From Klebsormidium nitens (lineage: Eukaryota; Plantae; Klebsormidiophyceae): a stretch of 58,696 nucleotides of DNA. Positions 1 to 12,200 of the stretch are shown piece by piece. The number at the start of each line of letters is the position of its first letter. Position 1 is the stretch's first letter. The notes beneath the pieces are model-generated. The model did not search any database. It was not told the origin of the DNA and was given only the letters and a program-made list of their open reading frames with translations. The stretch spans positions 1 through 58,696 of the forward strand of contig DF237500.1 of the NCBI GenBank assembly GCA_000708835.1, given 5' to 3'. A program made the translations under genes and the position numbers.

Positions 1-1075
1 AAACAGTGTCAGCACCTAAGATTGAATTGAATGTTCGTATGACTGATTGAGAAATGCATCGTAGAGTTAAAGTTTTACCAGTGCCAGCACCTCCGGTGAA
101 GAAATCGATTGATGGATCAGACGGTGGAGATTTGAGGCAGCTCATAACATGATCCACGTAAAGTCTTTGGGCTTTCGTAAGTTTCCGCATCTCTTGACGA
201 AATTGAGAATCCGACAGCACGAAATCAGCGCACGGAATTGTTTCACTGATCTGCGAAGCATTAGATGGCTGCAGTTCTGGGTCAATTTGATATTCCGGAG
301 GAGGGGCGGGCTGTAGCGGATTCTCCGTGTCGTCTGCGTCATCATCGTCATCCTCATCACTTATGGCACGCTCTTCTTGCTCGTAGCCCTGTAACAAAGA
401 CTTGAGGTGTGCGGTGTCTGCTGCGGGTAAAGTTTCCGCGGTTTCTTCTACTGCGTTCCAGTCTACGTTAGCGTCGGCAAAGAAGCGCGCAGCATTCTCT
501 TGTATCGACAGTTCTACTTCTTGAAACCTGGCTTCAAATGAAGAACAACCGTGAAGTCCGTGAAGAAGCGCTTCATCTTCGTGCAAAGAGATATCTACTG
601 GGTTATCAAGGGGTAAAGACCAAGGATAAAACAGCAACAACTGTTCACGAAAGTAAGCGTCTGTGTCCTCGCTCTCTTTGAAGTGCACAAAATGAATTAC
701 TTTTGCTTTGGAGCGTTTTCGATATATGCGATCGGACAATGACGGGGTTGACCGAACAGAAGTTTTTTTGACGTCATCTACGACGTCAATTGGTACGTCG
801 TCTGTTGCAGGGGAAAGATCGGTGTCAGGAAGCGCGTCGTCGTATACGTCCTCTTCGGCTTTAGGAAACGTTGACGAGTATTCATACCAAGCGGCGAAGT
901 CAGCCAAGCAAAGGGATTCAGTGCCTTGCAGCGTTACGTTCGAGAGGCGAGCAGCATATCGGTCAACGACGCTTGCGTGAACGCAATTCGTAGAATTTGG
1001 CGGCAAAGATTTCAAATATTGGTCATCCTTCAAAAGAAACGTTCGTTCTGCTGGTCTGGAAGAAGGAATGAAGAT
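1..1075 (-). pseudogene. Helitron RepHel C-terminal linker and start of Pif1-family helicase
   Basis: Hand translation gives an open frame from about 1075 to the window edge (absent from the ORF track because it has no stop in the window): IFIPSSRPAERTFLLK...LCLADFAAWY...YFREQLLLFYPW...LTKAQRLYVDHV...FFTGGAGTGKTLTLRCISQSVIR. Confidence 0.9.
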
Positions 1076-1106
1076 GTGATCGCGAGTACAGTCGAAGCGG
1101 CAGACC

Positions 1107-2822
1107 TTAACAACTGTACACAGCTTGTTGTGCACAAACTTCTTGACCTCGAATGAATGCGGAACCTGCATGCCTCACAGACTGTTGAAGGCCCATGTTC
1201 CCGAGACTAGCTTCCCGATAAGCGGCGCGCAAAAGTTTGCTCATTTTCAAGTCTGTTTTCATCATGTATGAAGTTATATAGTTTGCCGCTGCATAAACGT
1301 CAAGGGCAAACTGGCAATCCATATTTGTATGCAGAATTTGTAACAAGCGCGGATTGTAGGGATTTATCCTCCTCTCTTTTGGTGCTCTTTTCAAAAAGAT
1401 GGTAGGTTTGCAGACACTAGCACGCAAAGCAAGGTCATATCTGTCTCTGGTTACGCGTAGCCGGCAGATGAACTCAAAAGTCGACATTTCTTCGAGTTCA
1501 GCTTCTGAAAGAGCGTCAATTAAAGCTTTAGCTTGCTTATATATTCGGCAGAGACTACGTTTTTCTGATTCAGGGACGTTCTCGGGAAGAGGTCTCAGCA
1601 GTACTGTGGAAAACGTTGGAACGCGGGGAAAATCGAAACGACAGACACGTTTTCCTGCAGAATCAGGATCTTTTAGGCAGTATCGTTTAGAATGGTTATG
1701 TTGTTGACCTTGAATGTCCGAAGCAGATGCATCTTCAGTGGAACAGGTAATACGCTGGTCAATGAATGCACATATCTCGCTATCCGGTGAGATTCCAAAG
1801 CGGGGAGCAGCAGCTATATAGAAAGCTGCATGTGTGTGGGCAGTGCCTCGTTTTTGGAACTCGTCTCTCCAGAAGAAGTCGGTTACTTGACCAAGAAGTT
1901 CAGAGCATTGGGAGAGAGTAGAAAAAATTAGGTCACGTCGGTTACAATAACAACGGGCAGTGGTAACAGGGTCATTTCTTACTAGTATTGCTTTCTGTTC
2001 CCAGGGAAGCGCGAGAGCTGCCACTTTTGTTATGTCTTCGCCAGAAGCTAATCGGTACAGAGTCTGCAATAGGCCACCCCACTTAGTTTCAGCCATCGAA
2101 AAAGTGCAAAATAATTGGAACGGTCCGAGTTGTCGGATCATTCCAAAAGCTTCTCGTTTTCCTTCACGATCGTAGTCTGGGCTACCACGTAGGGTCTTTA
2201 GATCACGATAACCAATGTTCTTTGAGAGTAGCTTTTCTCGTGCAGACGAGTCGCGAACCTCTGCGGCAGTGAGCGGCTGGCGACCTTCAAGTTTGCTTTT
2301 ACGAACGCGCATCTTTCCTAAGCGACTTAGCTGAATCATTTGTAATTTTCGAAGCTTGTAAAAGAGACAGCTGGCATGCGAAGCGAAACGGCGGTCGACA
2401 TTTGTTAGTTCAAAGCGAGTTAGCTGACTGTATGAAAGAGATGATTGTGGTCGCGCGCATCCAGCAAACAGCGACGGGAAACACTTTTCTTCACCGTGAA
2501 TATCTTGGAGCATTCCTACAGGCGTTTGATTTTCAGAAGGAGCAATGTTAATAGCTGTTCTCGATACTGTTGGCTGCGCATACAAGTCATCCAGAAACGT
2601 TTCTTCTTCAGGGAGAGCTTCCGTACCGGGCCCGGCATTCTCATCTTCGCTACTGTCAGAAGCGTTATCAGATGGCAATTCGGAATCATCGGTTCTACAA
2701 GCATTTGCATCGGCTTCACTCTGACGTAACCAATCAGCTCGAATAGATACTTGAGCATCTCTCCAGAGCGTTGGTTCAGAAACGAGATACTGCAAAGCCT
2801 CTCGCAGGCGGTGCGGTCGCAC
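1107..2822 (-). pseudogene. Helitron HUH replication-initiator (Rep / Helitron_like_N) segment
   Basis: Characteristic motifs LRGSPDY, MIRQLGPFQLFCTFSMAETKW, DPVTTAR, WRDEFQKRGTAHTH (HUH), QHNHSKRYC, CRFDFP, INPYNP, NMDCQF, YITSYMMK. Ends at an in-frame TAA in QQAVYSC*GLPL, where Leu is expected. Confidence 0.92.
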
Positions 2823-2864
2823 GTTTTCGGCAGTTTTATAAGAAGCGCGGTATTTTAGTTTGTA

Positions 2865-3449
2865 TTAAATAGACACGGGTATAATATCCTCTCCAGAAAG
2901 TTGTCGAGGTAGAGATAGCTGTATTTTGCTTAGATCTGCTGGAACATTGGTAACCATGCCCTTCAGGGCGCGTTGACCCAATCTGCGGGGATCTCCAGAT
3001 GCCGACGGTGGCAAACCTCGAATCCTAATAAAAGCCAGTCGTAGCGCGATTAGATCATTTTCCATGCTCGTAAGGCCTTGTAAAGGAGTTGGAATTGCGG
3101 TAAGATCCGGCTGCTTGCAGGGTGCCATAGGGGGAGTTCGGCCTTTGGACACGTAGTTGTAGCACGTTGTGCAAATCCATTCAGTATTATCCACAGAGAG
3201 CTGGGAAGCGAACCATTTAGCACTGTTTTGGGGGCCTGCTCGGTCCCGCAAAGCGGACGAAAGTTTATGAACAGAACGTCTGAACCACGTTCTGCGACAG
3301 CACGTACAAACGAATATGGGCCTTTCATTGCTAAGTCGCTCAAACCGAGCGCATGCGTCCGAGAAGTTCGTTCTTTGGGATAGAACGGGCGAAGTAGTGC
3401 TTGCATCTGGAGTAATGCAGTCATTGATGGTAGAAAGTAGGGTGATGAT
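2865..3449 (-). pseudogene. Helitron N-terminal Cys-rich plus DUF6570-like segment
   Basis: Frame reads ...ERPIFVCTCCRRTWFRRSV...WICTTCYNYVSKGRTPPMA...LTSMENDLIALRLAFIRI...LKGMVTNVPADL...LPR...IPVSI*YKLKYRASYKTAENVRP. Same frame as the Rep ORF, separated only by TAA 2865-2867. Confidence 0.8.
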
Positions 3450-4028
3450 CTAATGGCGTTCGTTTTCGGGGATATCGAGGGACTGGTCCGCTGGGAAGTT
3501 CGTTTTCCGCTTAGTTCGGCTGATGCGGACGGCGCAATCGTACGCAGCGGCTGCTTCCTCAGCTTTTGGGAAGTGTCCCAGAATGAAAGTCTTTTTTGAA
3601 AATGTAATACGTGCTTCGTAACACTTCCCAGAAGGAGAAGAAATTGGACGCACGCCAATAAAATGTCGTTGATTCTCACCTTCTGTAAACTCACCTTGAA
3701 TCTGTTGCAGACATTTCATTGCATAAGCTTCTTCTGCATCCAACGGCATCCCCTGCGCAGTGAAGTCCAAGTCACGAATGTTCTGAACACGTGCTCCCAG
3801 CTTCTCCCGCATGAAGATGTACGCCCGTGCAGCTGCAGCCGCCGAAGAGAATTCACCTACCCGACAGCGCCTGCCAGCAACTTGGATGCGAACTGCGTAT
3901 AACTGCGACCGTGAAGACGTGCTAGGAAGCTTACAGATGCCTTTCATTGACTGGACTGCAGCCGTTGGAGCTTGTTTGCTACCTTTTGCTTGCTGAACTG
4001 GCAGCTGTCGACCACGACGGGTTTGCAA
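3450..4028 (-). pseudogene. Tandem AP2/ERF-like DNA-binding domains within the Helitron ORF
   Basis: Domain 2 is a clear AP2 pattern: HFIGVRP...GKCYEARITFSKKTFILGHFPKAEEAAAAYDCAVR...KTNFP. Domain 1 is divergent: KGICK...LYAVRIQVAGRRCRVGEFSSAAAAARAY...LDF. Confidence 0.8.
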
Positions 4029-5243
4029 GTGTAATTAGGCACGTCTTCTTCTGAAGAGTCTTCAGAAAAAGCACCTACACCATCAGATGTCAATGGTGTA
4101 TCTGCTGGAAAGCTTGGGGGAGCATCAGGCGGTGCTGAAGAGCGTGGGGAGGTATGAGGCGGAGAAGCAGTAAACGACGAAAAACCAGGACTTACGTAAG
4201 GAGATTCGTCCAGCTGGCTGGCAGCTTGTTTAGAACTCTCACATGCACGAGCTACAGCAGGCGACTCCGCAGAAACTGGGGATGCTCCAAGCATAGAGCT
4301 GTACTGTTGCGGAATAAATTGCATGTCTTTAGCAAGAACAGCAGATATAAGTCTACAGGTGCCCATCTTCCTGATAGTGTAACCCGCGTCTGGACCATCC
4401 CAGCTGACTATCTTCCCACAGAAAGGCTCGTAAGCTGCCACTGGGCTGATAACCTGCACATATGTGTCTATCTACTCTCCAGGATTCGCTCCCGCCTCCA
4501 TTGCAGAAGGAGTCGCCATGGCCGACGAAGTAATGCTGCAGCTTTGTATCCACCTAAAATGCTGGACAAGAAAGAAGAAAGAAGGATACGAGCGAGGCAT
4601 TACAGCGTTACGTCCGAACTATCGGCGGCACCGCGGGCGCATTCGACGGCGAGGCAGTTTCGACGCAGCCGCGCGAGGGAGTCTGAAACGAAATGGCCAT
4701 AAGGGTGTGCCAATCTGTTTCGGCTTTGCTGTACGTTTTCCGTCGAACGCCAGGCAAGCCCAAAATCCAGCGCAGACTGGGGTCACTCAGGGCCCCGCAC
4801 CGCGGCGTCGTACAGTGTCGCCCGAACCGCGACGTTCCCCAAATACTATAGCTCTCTCTTTACTAAGAGTAAAGAGGCAAGCCAATATAGGGCAACTTTA
4901 CTAAGTTATCATAGTACATACACAGGTTAATTTTTCATTCACAACATGATGTGCATGCATGACGAGTATATACATGATTGATCATCACGTGAGGGGCCCG
5001 CTGCTGTCTAGCTAGCTAGATCGACAGCTCTAGTTATTGCATGACGCGGCCGTGCCTGCAGGCCGTGCGCACGTTTGTGAACGTGCATATCGAGGCGGCC
5101 GCCAGGCCATGATTAGATCGTCTGACCAAACCTAAGTTACTGAACCTGCGTGCGCCGCTAAGATAAACATGTTCTTCGATGAAGTAAGCCTCAACGTCTC
5201 GAAGGCGTACATAAGGGACTACATCATTTCGCAATCGCAACAT

Positions 5244-7726
5244 CTATTCCCTGTATGCAAACGCCTATAAGGTGTCATACATGGACCTCATCTTGTCCCG
5301 TACGCGTCGTTTGAAAGCCACGAACGGAGGCGCGCAGAATGCAACCAAGTTATGCTTGCCTGCTAGCTATGGACTCCGCATGAGTCCTTGACTGACGCAA
5401 CCGACGGTTCACCTTGTGACAGCTGTACTATCATCGTCTCCATTGCCACCTCTCTGGGGCGGAGCCCGGAAACAGCTTTTGAAATACGTGAGGGACTACC
5501 TTATCTTTGCAGGGCCCCTGGAAGTGTATTCCTGCCAACAGAGTGCCGTTATGGTAGGGCCCCAAAACGCCACGGGGCGTCATCCGCCAGTCTAGATACG
5601 AGTCGAAATGCGCCCCGCTTTCGCATATGAAGGACTCGTCTCCTGGCGGCCGTAACCTGCACGCCACACATGGAGCAACAATAAGATTCCTCCTTTTCTA
5701 GAGAACGGACAAAGGGGACTGCAAAAGGGAGTCAGTCAAGTGAGGCCGAACCAGGGTGAGTTCCAACGGCTTGTATATCCCGCTCGACTTCTGGAAGTCA
5801 GCTGGGAAATTCTTCGTTAGCCATCGCCTGCAAGACCGCCTGCCAAGCTCGCCAGAAACTGGGAACAATCGTCAAAGCTCACGACAAAATCGGGAAAAGT
5901 CGTTAGAAAGCGCAGAGAAGAAGCGGCTAAGTCGCGCTTACCGGTTGGGGTTCTCTAGCGCCACCAACGACTTCATCGCGTCCTCGTTGTCCAGGAGCGT
6001 CGTCTTGCTCACGTTTTGCGATTGCAGGAACGCCGAGAGCATGAACATGTCGCTGAACTGCCACACGTAGTTGCTCTGGTTCTTTGGGTCCGCGTCCCGG
6101 GGGTACAGGATGTAGTCGCCGTACTGGTGAATCGTGTCGTCGACCTCCGACTCGGGCCTCTGCAAAACCATGGAAGAGGGACGTGTCAAGCTTCTGGAGT
6201 TTTTGGGTCTCCATTTTCCAAAAAGGGGGGGAAAATAAGAACAGTTTGGATGTATCGGGGGGGTTAGCCACAGTCCCCATACTGGCGTATCTTCTGCCTC
6301 AGTTCTGATCTGGTTTTTCTTGATCGAGGGCGCACACAAGGGGACTTGATTAGGTGCCTAACCAAAAGCATATCCGCTCTGACTAGAGACAGACAGCGCG
6401 GCCCAGAAACCGTCAAAAGCTGCTGGATCCATGGCTCTAGGGAACGTTTGCCAGTTTGTTTTGGCATGATTCTTCCCGCAGCTCATCAGGTGGACTCATC
6501 TCTCAGATATCTACAAGGCCCTTGAAAAGGCTAGTGCATAAAGCAGAAGTGGCCTACGTGGAACTGAGGAAGCGTGAAGAGTTATGATAACTTGAAAGGA
6601 GGTAGTTGTATGCTGTTTCCAAATTCCTCAAGAAATGCCCTTCAGCCAAGACTCGACCTAGTTTGGCAGGGCAAGGGCGTCACAAGAGGCTGGGAAACCG
6701 TCAATCAAAAAGTAGATTGCCTCAGGAAGCTATCAAAGGCGTCAGTACCAGGAGAGGAGGGCGCCAGAAGCCTAGGCAGCCAATCCACGGGCTGTCAAAC
6801 TACCCGCGAGATGGCATGCCTTCTAAGAGCCTGTCCATGAGCGGATTTTAAAACAATATATCAAAGCCCGCATCTTGAGTCTTTGAAACTAACTCTGCTG
6901 GTCAACTTCTGGCTGTATGCTCTTGAACCAAGTGAGAAGTAGCTGGAAGTGCGTCCATTGACATCTACGTGTGCAGAATCTAAACAGAAGCTTCAAAACC
7001 TAGAAGACCAGAAGAGCCAGAGTCCCTCACCTGATAGAACCACAGCATGTACTGGCAGAACTCCTGCAGCGTCTCGAAGCGCCAGAGGCCAAAGTAGGTC
7101 GACCACTGCGTGATGCTCACAAACCCGGAGCGGAACTTGGCGAACGGCGTGTCGTGTACGTCCATGAAGAGTGCGATGTCAGCATCCGAGTACGCCATCC
7201 TGTCTATCCCTTCCAGCAAAGCGACTTCTTTGAGGATAAAGAACCGCTCGAAGCACATCCTCTCATACCAGAGCGGGTTGACCGCTCGATGAATGTAATG
7301 CTTGCGGAAGACTTCGATGTCGGACCCGGGGTGAATGTAGTGCTCGACGTATCGCACCTTCACTCCCAGCTGCTTCAAGCTACTCAAGATCTCTCCTTTT
7401 GGGGGGGTTGCATTGCTTGTGAGCATGTAGAGGGGCGTGTCGGGATTGAACGTCGCGGTGATGTTGAGAAACACCAGGGCGCTCGCTTTCATTTCGGTGA
7501 TATAGAAGAAGATGGGAATTGTGGTATCCCGGCTCCTGCTCCGACCAAGAAAACTGCTGGCTAGGCCCCTCATTGCCCCCATGTCTCTAGGGGCTTGGAA
7601 CCCCATTGTATTCAAATGGCAGGTCTGAAAGGCGAAGCGCAGGGAGACGGAAGCGAGCAGAATAACCGCCAGAAAGGCAGAGTGGCTCCGCATCCGCTTC
7701 CATCCCACGCCTTCCATGACCCCCAT
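5244..7726 (-). CDS. Spliced putative glycosyltransferase-like (nucleotide-diphospho-sugar transferase-like) type II membrane protein
   Basis: Exons 7726-7031, 6159-5942 and 5656-5500 have GT-AG sites and compatible phases. The last exon is uncertain (candidate 5264-5244). N-terminal hydrophobic anchor (AFLAVILLASVSL), CFERFFILKE, DxD motif (YSDAD), QFSDMFML and IHFQGPCK. Confidence 0.7.
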
Positions 7727-9248
7727 TCTGACAGCTGGGACACAGAGTTACTGAACAGAATGATGCAATCACCTTCTCAATGCCGCAGCAGCGTGCTCTC
7801 CAAGTACCTTACAGACGTGGTTGAGTCATCAAGATGGGGCAATTGCTACTTTCGCTCGATCAGCTTCAATTTTTCGCAGCGATGCATTGAGATTGCCTTC
7901 AATCCCGCTGGCGACTCGGTTTTTGCAGAATTCCCCCAATCTTTCCCCCCTCCGAAACTCCCAGATCTTTCCTCATCAGGCCCTCACTTGATCGAGTAGA
8001 AAACCAGGAAGCCAAAAACCCAGGCAATCAAGAACAGAAAGGCGACATCTTTGAGAGACAGCAGGCGCCCCTACCTTCCTGCCAGGTACTTTTCTGCTCA
8101 GATTCAGAACGCGTTGACTGATTGAAGCGAAACCCTAAAACCCTTGCAGGGGGACCCATAACGGTTTAGTCATAACCCAATACTCACGGCTGCTCTGAAA
8201 GAACAACCGGGGGACTTCTGTTTGAGCTAGACACAAAAGCCGGTTGTTGGAGCTCATTCACCGTCACTCACGATACTTCATACCTGTTGTGATCTATAGA
8301 CTACAAGCTGAACAACGGGAAAGAAGACGTTCTGTCGCCAATGTCGGAACACGGACCGGGGCCCATACACAAGTCCCTGGAGGGGCCAAACCCGGCCAAA
8401 CCCGTATTCTTGAAGGGTCAGCGCGTTCCAGTTTCCCAAATTTCGCACCGAACTTCTTGAAGTTGAAGTTGAAAGCTCCACTCAGACCACCGGCTGGCAG
8501 AATGTACATTGTATTACCTATTTGTACGGTAGCTGAGCCTGACGCTGTGGCAAATGCAGCCAAAATGGCGGCAGCTAGGATAAGCTTAGCACTGGTCAAT
8601 TGGTCAGCTACCATCATGCATCATGCATCATGCAGCTTCGTGCCCATGCCATATTGATCCAGCTCCTTTGAGTCCACCATAGCCTCTTGCTTTGGGAGTA
8701 AAGAGAGCGAGAGGCCAGCATTGAAGGAAGTTTCGACAGGACGGGTGGTCTGAAAGGGTGTCATTCAGGTCCTGGTGGGACTCTGACTGTAACCAAGGCT
8801 ATCTGCCGAGTGCAATCGTCTTAGACCTCAGACGATTCTCCTCAAGGAGGGGCTTCTTGAACTCAATGTGAAGGTTAGTGGTGTAACTCATTCTGTCCAT
8901 CTCCACATGCCATAATGTGTACATTGTTTGCTGCAGTGCTTCACTTGAGGTGACAAAGTTAAGAGTCTGTTTGTGTCCAAGTTAGGAGTCTGTTTGTCTA
9001 GCAATTGCTTTCTGATTGCTCAGGAAGGGAGCAGCACTTCGGGGGTTTCCCATTCAGCGACGAGATGCAGGGCACTACTCCACAGCTGGCAATGCTGAAA
9101 ACAGAGGATTGCACGCCAGCCCTGCTCAATCTGCAAACAACTAGACTTCGAGGGGAAGCATCTCTTGAATACTCCTGGCTGGTGCGACAATGTATCTTGT
9201 TACGTCGCTAAAGTTGTACATAGCTTTTTTGCAGATTGGATCACCGGC

Positions 9249-12200
9249 ATGGCTGAGGACAGATCAAGGAAGCGAGACGTTGATTCACCATCAAATTACA
9301 CCAGGACTGAGAGCAGCAAGCATGCTCGGGTAGAAGATGATCTTGAAACAGCGTCTAGCAGGCAGAGTGCTCAGCAAAATAGCCCCTGTAATCTATCTAA
9401 CGTGCCTACGGAACCGGAAGAAGTCCAGTTCTTTGTGAAATCACTGAGTGGGGAGACTCTAGTGGTGAGAGAGCCAGTCACGAGAAGCTTGGAGGACCTA
9501 AAGCAATCCATTTTGCAGAGGTGGACTCATGGAAGGTCCAGCCAGATGTGCGAGGCGGCTGTTTTCTTCACTTGTGAAGGGAAGCACTTATCCAAGGAGT
9601 GGCAGACCCTAGGAGGGGTGCCAGTCAGAGCAGGCAGCACGCTCGTAATGCGGGTGCGCCTCCGCAGCACCAGGTAAGTAGCACAGGCAAAGAGTAACAA
9701 CCTAGAGTATGAGGTGATGTTGGTTATCTCCCCACATTGCACTGGTGATTTGCCATGTTGAGCCTGCTGTGTTGCTTCCAAACTTGAGTCAAAAATCGAC
9801 CTCTGCGTAAGTAGCGGGCCACCAACATGCGTGATTAACCCTCTGCAGCCCTCTCTTGCGGGGAATGAAGCTGGCCAGCAGAAAACAATGCACTTACAAG
9901 CTGCGAGAAGTCGATAACAAAATCTTGTATCAGCCACTTGTCAAGGACATACAGTACTCCTCAAGGAACCTCGTGCGTCATTGTACTTGCAGGAAGCTAT
10001 GGTAACAAGCCCCAGTCAAAGTTGTCAGCATTTCAAGTCATACACTTCCTAGTTGTCTTGAACACAGGTTTTCTTGATACCGACTCTCCTCTTCCTTCAT
10101 TCCAGTTGCAGAACAGTGGCTGAGCACAGTGCCAAGCTGCAAGAGCTCGCCAAGAAGATGGTCCAGGGCCAGCGCACAGATGCAATGGTGGGGACATTCC
10201 TAATGACTCTGAACCTCCATCTCCTGACCCCGGGCCAGAAGGATCATGATGCAGAGCATCGGGTTGCCACGTTTGTGGGGACAGGAGGACTGGAGGCCAT
10301 CACGTCACTACTCGGCAGCAACAGCTCGTGAGTTCACTTCACTTCACAGGCAAATCATGGTCTCAGCTCTACGGGCTGCTTTTTACAGAGCCACATGTGT
10401 ATACATCTGAGCTGAGCTCGGCACTCTGAGTTGTCGTCAAGCTTTCACTTCTGGCTCTCAACTCATTTATGCTGTCTTGTCGCTGTTGCAATGAGTAACC
10501 TGGCAGCCATCTGATACTGTTTGAAATGTTGAAGGGTTTATAAAGCTTCTTTTAGTTGTACTGCTCGCAGTTGATGGTAGAGGTTGGAAATGTAGTACTC
10601 AGATTGCATGCCTAGCTCAAGAGGACAGTCTTCGTCTGCCAGATGGCAGAACAGTCTACAACAAGCCACACCAATCTCACTTAAAGCGAACCACCGTTGC
10701 TTGCCCAAGTAACGTCGGCCCTAACACCGTGATGTCTTTACTTCTTACTGTCAAGACACCAAAACACGCACTGTTGTCTTTGCAGGTTCGTCGCTCTCTA
10801 CACCGTCCAACTGCTCTGCAAGCACCTGGCAGACGCCTCCCTTATCGCCGTCCTGACTGGGTGGCACCTCCTTGACGCGCTTCTGGACCGCTGTTCTGAC
10901 GCCGCCAGATCGGATAGCGTTTTGAGCAACTACCTGCGGGACCTTTTCAACCGCCTGTGTGGCCCAAGCGCGATCCAGAAAACTTTCTTGCAGCTAACTT
11001 CCGACCAGAATTGTGGGGGCGTGCGCTTTGCTGCAGTCTTTGCAAAATTGGCAGCGAGGTTGGGGGTGCTAATCCAGCGAGATGCGGCTTGTCTGGGTCA
11101 GGGGTCGCCGCTGCCGGCGCCAGAGTTTCCTAGCTTAAAAGAAGTCTCGGGTGTTCTAGATCGTCTTCAGCGTTCAGGTTATCTTGACGAGCAGTACGAA
11201 AAGTGCCGTGAGGAGCTCTGTGTACAACTCAGCCCGGCCGTTGAAGCGCTGCTCGGTGATGCGATCGAGGCGACCGGCCATCGAGAATATGCAAGGCAGA
11301 TTGTGGCTGCGGCTCTAGATCCTACAAAGCAACGTGCCATTCCATTGAGCCGCTCCTTGACGCTCCGAGGGCTGCCACCGACGTTCTTCGAGCACCTGGT
11401 TGGCTGCCTGCGCGCGCTCACGAAAGCCGCAAGCGGAAGGCCTGATCTAGAGGCGAAAGTGCGGGATTTGCTCTCCGAAAACTCAAACCCTCTGGAAGAT
11501 TTGCTAACGCTTCAAGTGCCGGGCACATTCACCGCTTCCGAGCATCTGCGGTGTGTTTTTGAGCTGCCCTACCGGGATCTGTGGCCGCTGCACCTCAAGG
11601 AGAGTTGCTTGAGGGACTATCTTCCGTTCCCGCTTCCGGTGTCCGGGCATCGGGTCGACGTGAGGCGGGGGTCTCAGACGCTGGCGGACGCGTTTAGCGG
11701 GATCGAGGAAGGCTTCGACGCACGCACGCTGAGCATGGGCATCGTTGCGAGTTTCCAGAACGAGGCGGGGCTAGGTCCGGGCGTAATCCGCGAGTTCTTC
11801 ACAGTGGTAAGTTGCCCCGTCAAAGAGTTGAGTTCATCCGTTGCCTGATCGACTTCCTTAGGAGCGACGAGGGAGACCGTGGCACCTGTGGCGGAGCCTC
11901 TGCGCCTATCCTCTACACATTTCTATCAGATCGAGTCGGAACACGTTGTGCAGATTAACTAGAGCAGAGGATTGAACTGATGACTTGGACTCGCCTTTCT
12001 ATCCTGAGTTGATAGTCAGTCCACAAGTGCATTCTGTTCAGAAGGCGTCAATTCTTTATTCCGTCAACAGAACGAGACTTGACTATAAGACAATTGCCGA
12101 ACGAGGGGCAGTGACTTGCAATCCCCATTCACTGAAGTAGTAACCTTCAGAGTTCCTCAACAGCAGCGCTTTCGATTTTGTCAACGCCTCGACTCTGTTG

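Larger units (their letters stand above)
1..4519 (-). mobile_element. Decayed Helitron (probably Helentron/Helitron2-type) RepHel element, truncated by the left window edge
   Basis: Colinear minus-strand domains: N-terminal segment (ATG 4519), two AP2-like domains, CxxC motifs (FVCTCCRRTWF, WICTTC), DUF6570-like region, HUH Rep, then Pif1 Walker A (FFTGGAGTGKT, about 72-104). Interrupted by in-frame stops at 4472-4474, 3450-3452, 2865-2867 and 1107-1109 and frameshifts near 4000 and 1075. Termini not established. Confidence 0.92.

Noticed and set aside
3050-3694. 214-aa minus-strand ORF overlapping the Helitron
   Set aside because: Alternative frame with no motifs. The conserved CxxC/DUF6570-like residues are in the other frame.
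4154-4904. Arg-rich plus-strand ORFs (182 and 146 aa)
   Set aside because: Antisense shadows over the GC-rich Helitron 5' region with no recognisable domain.
9249-9673. Ubiquitin-like domain ends LRST rather than LRGG
   Set aside because: Expected for an integral, non-cleaved UBL domain of an E3 ligase, so not unusual.
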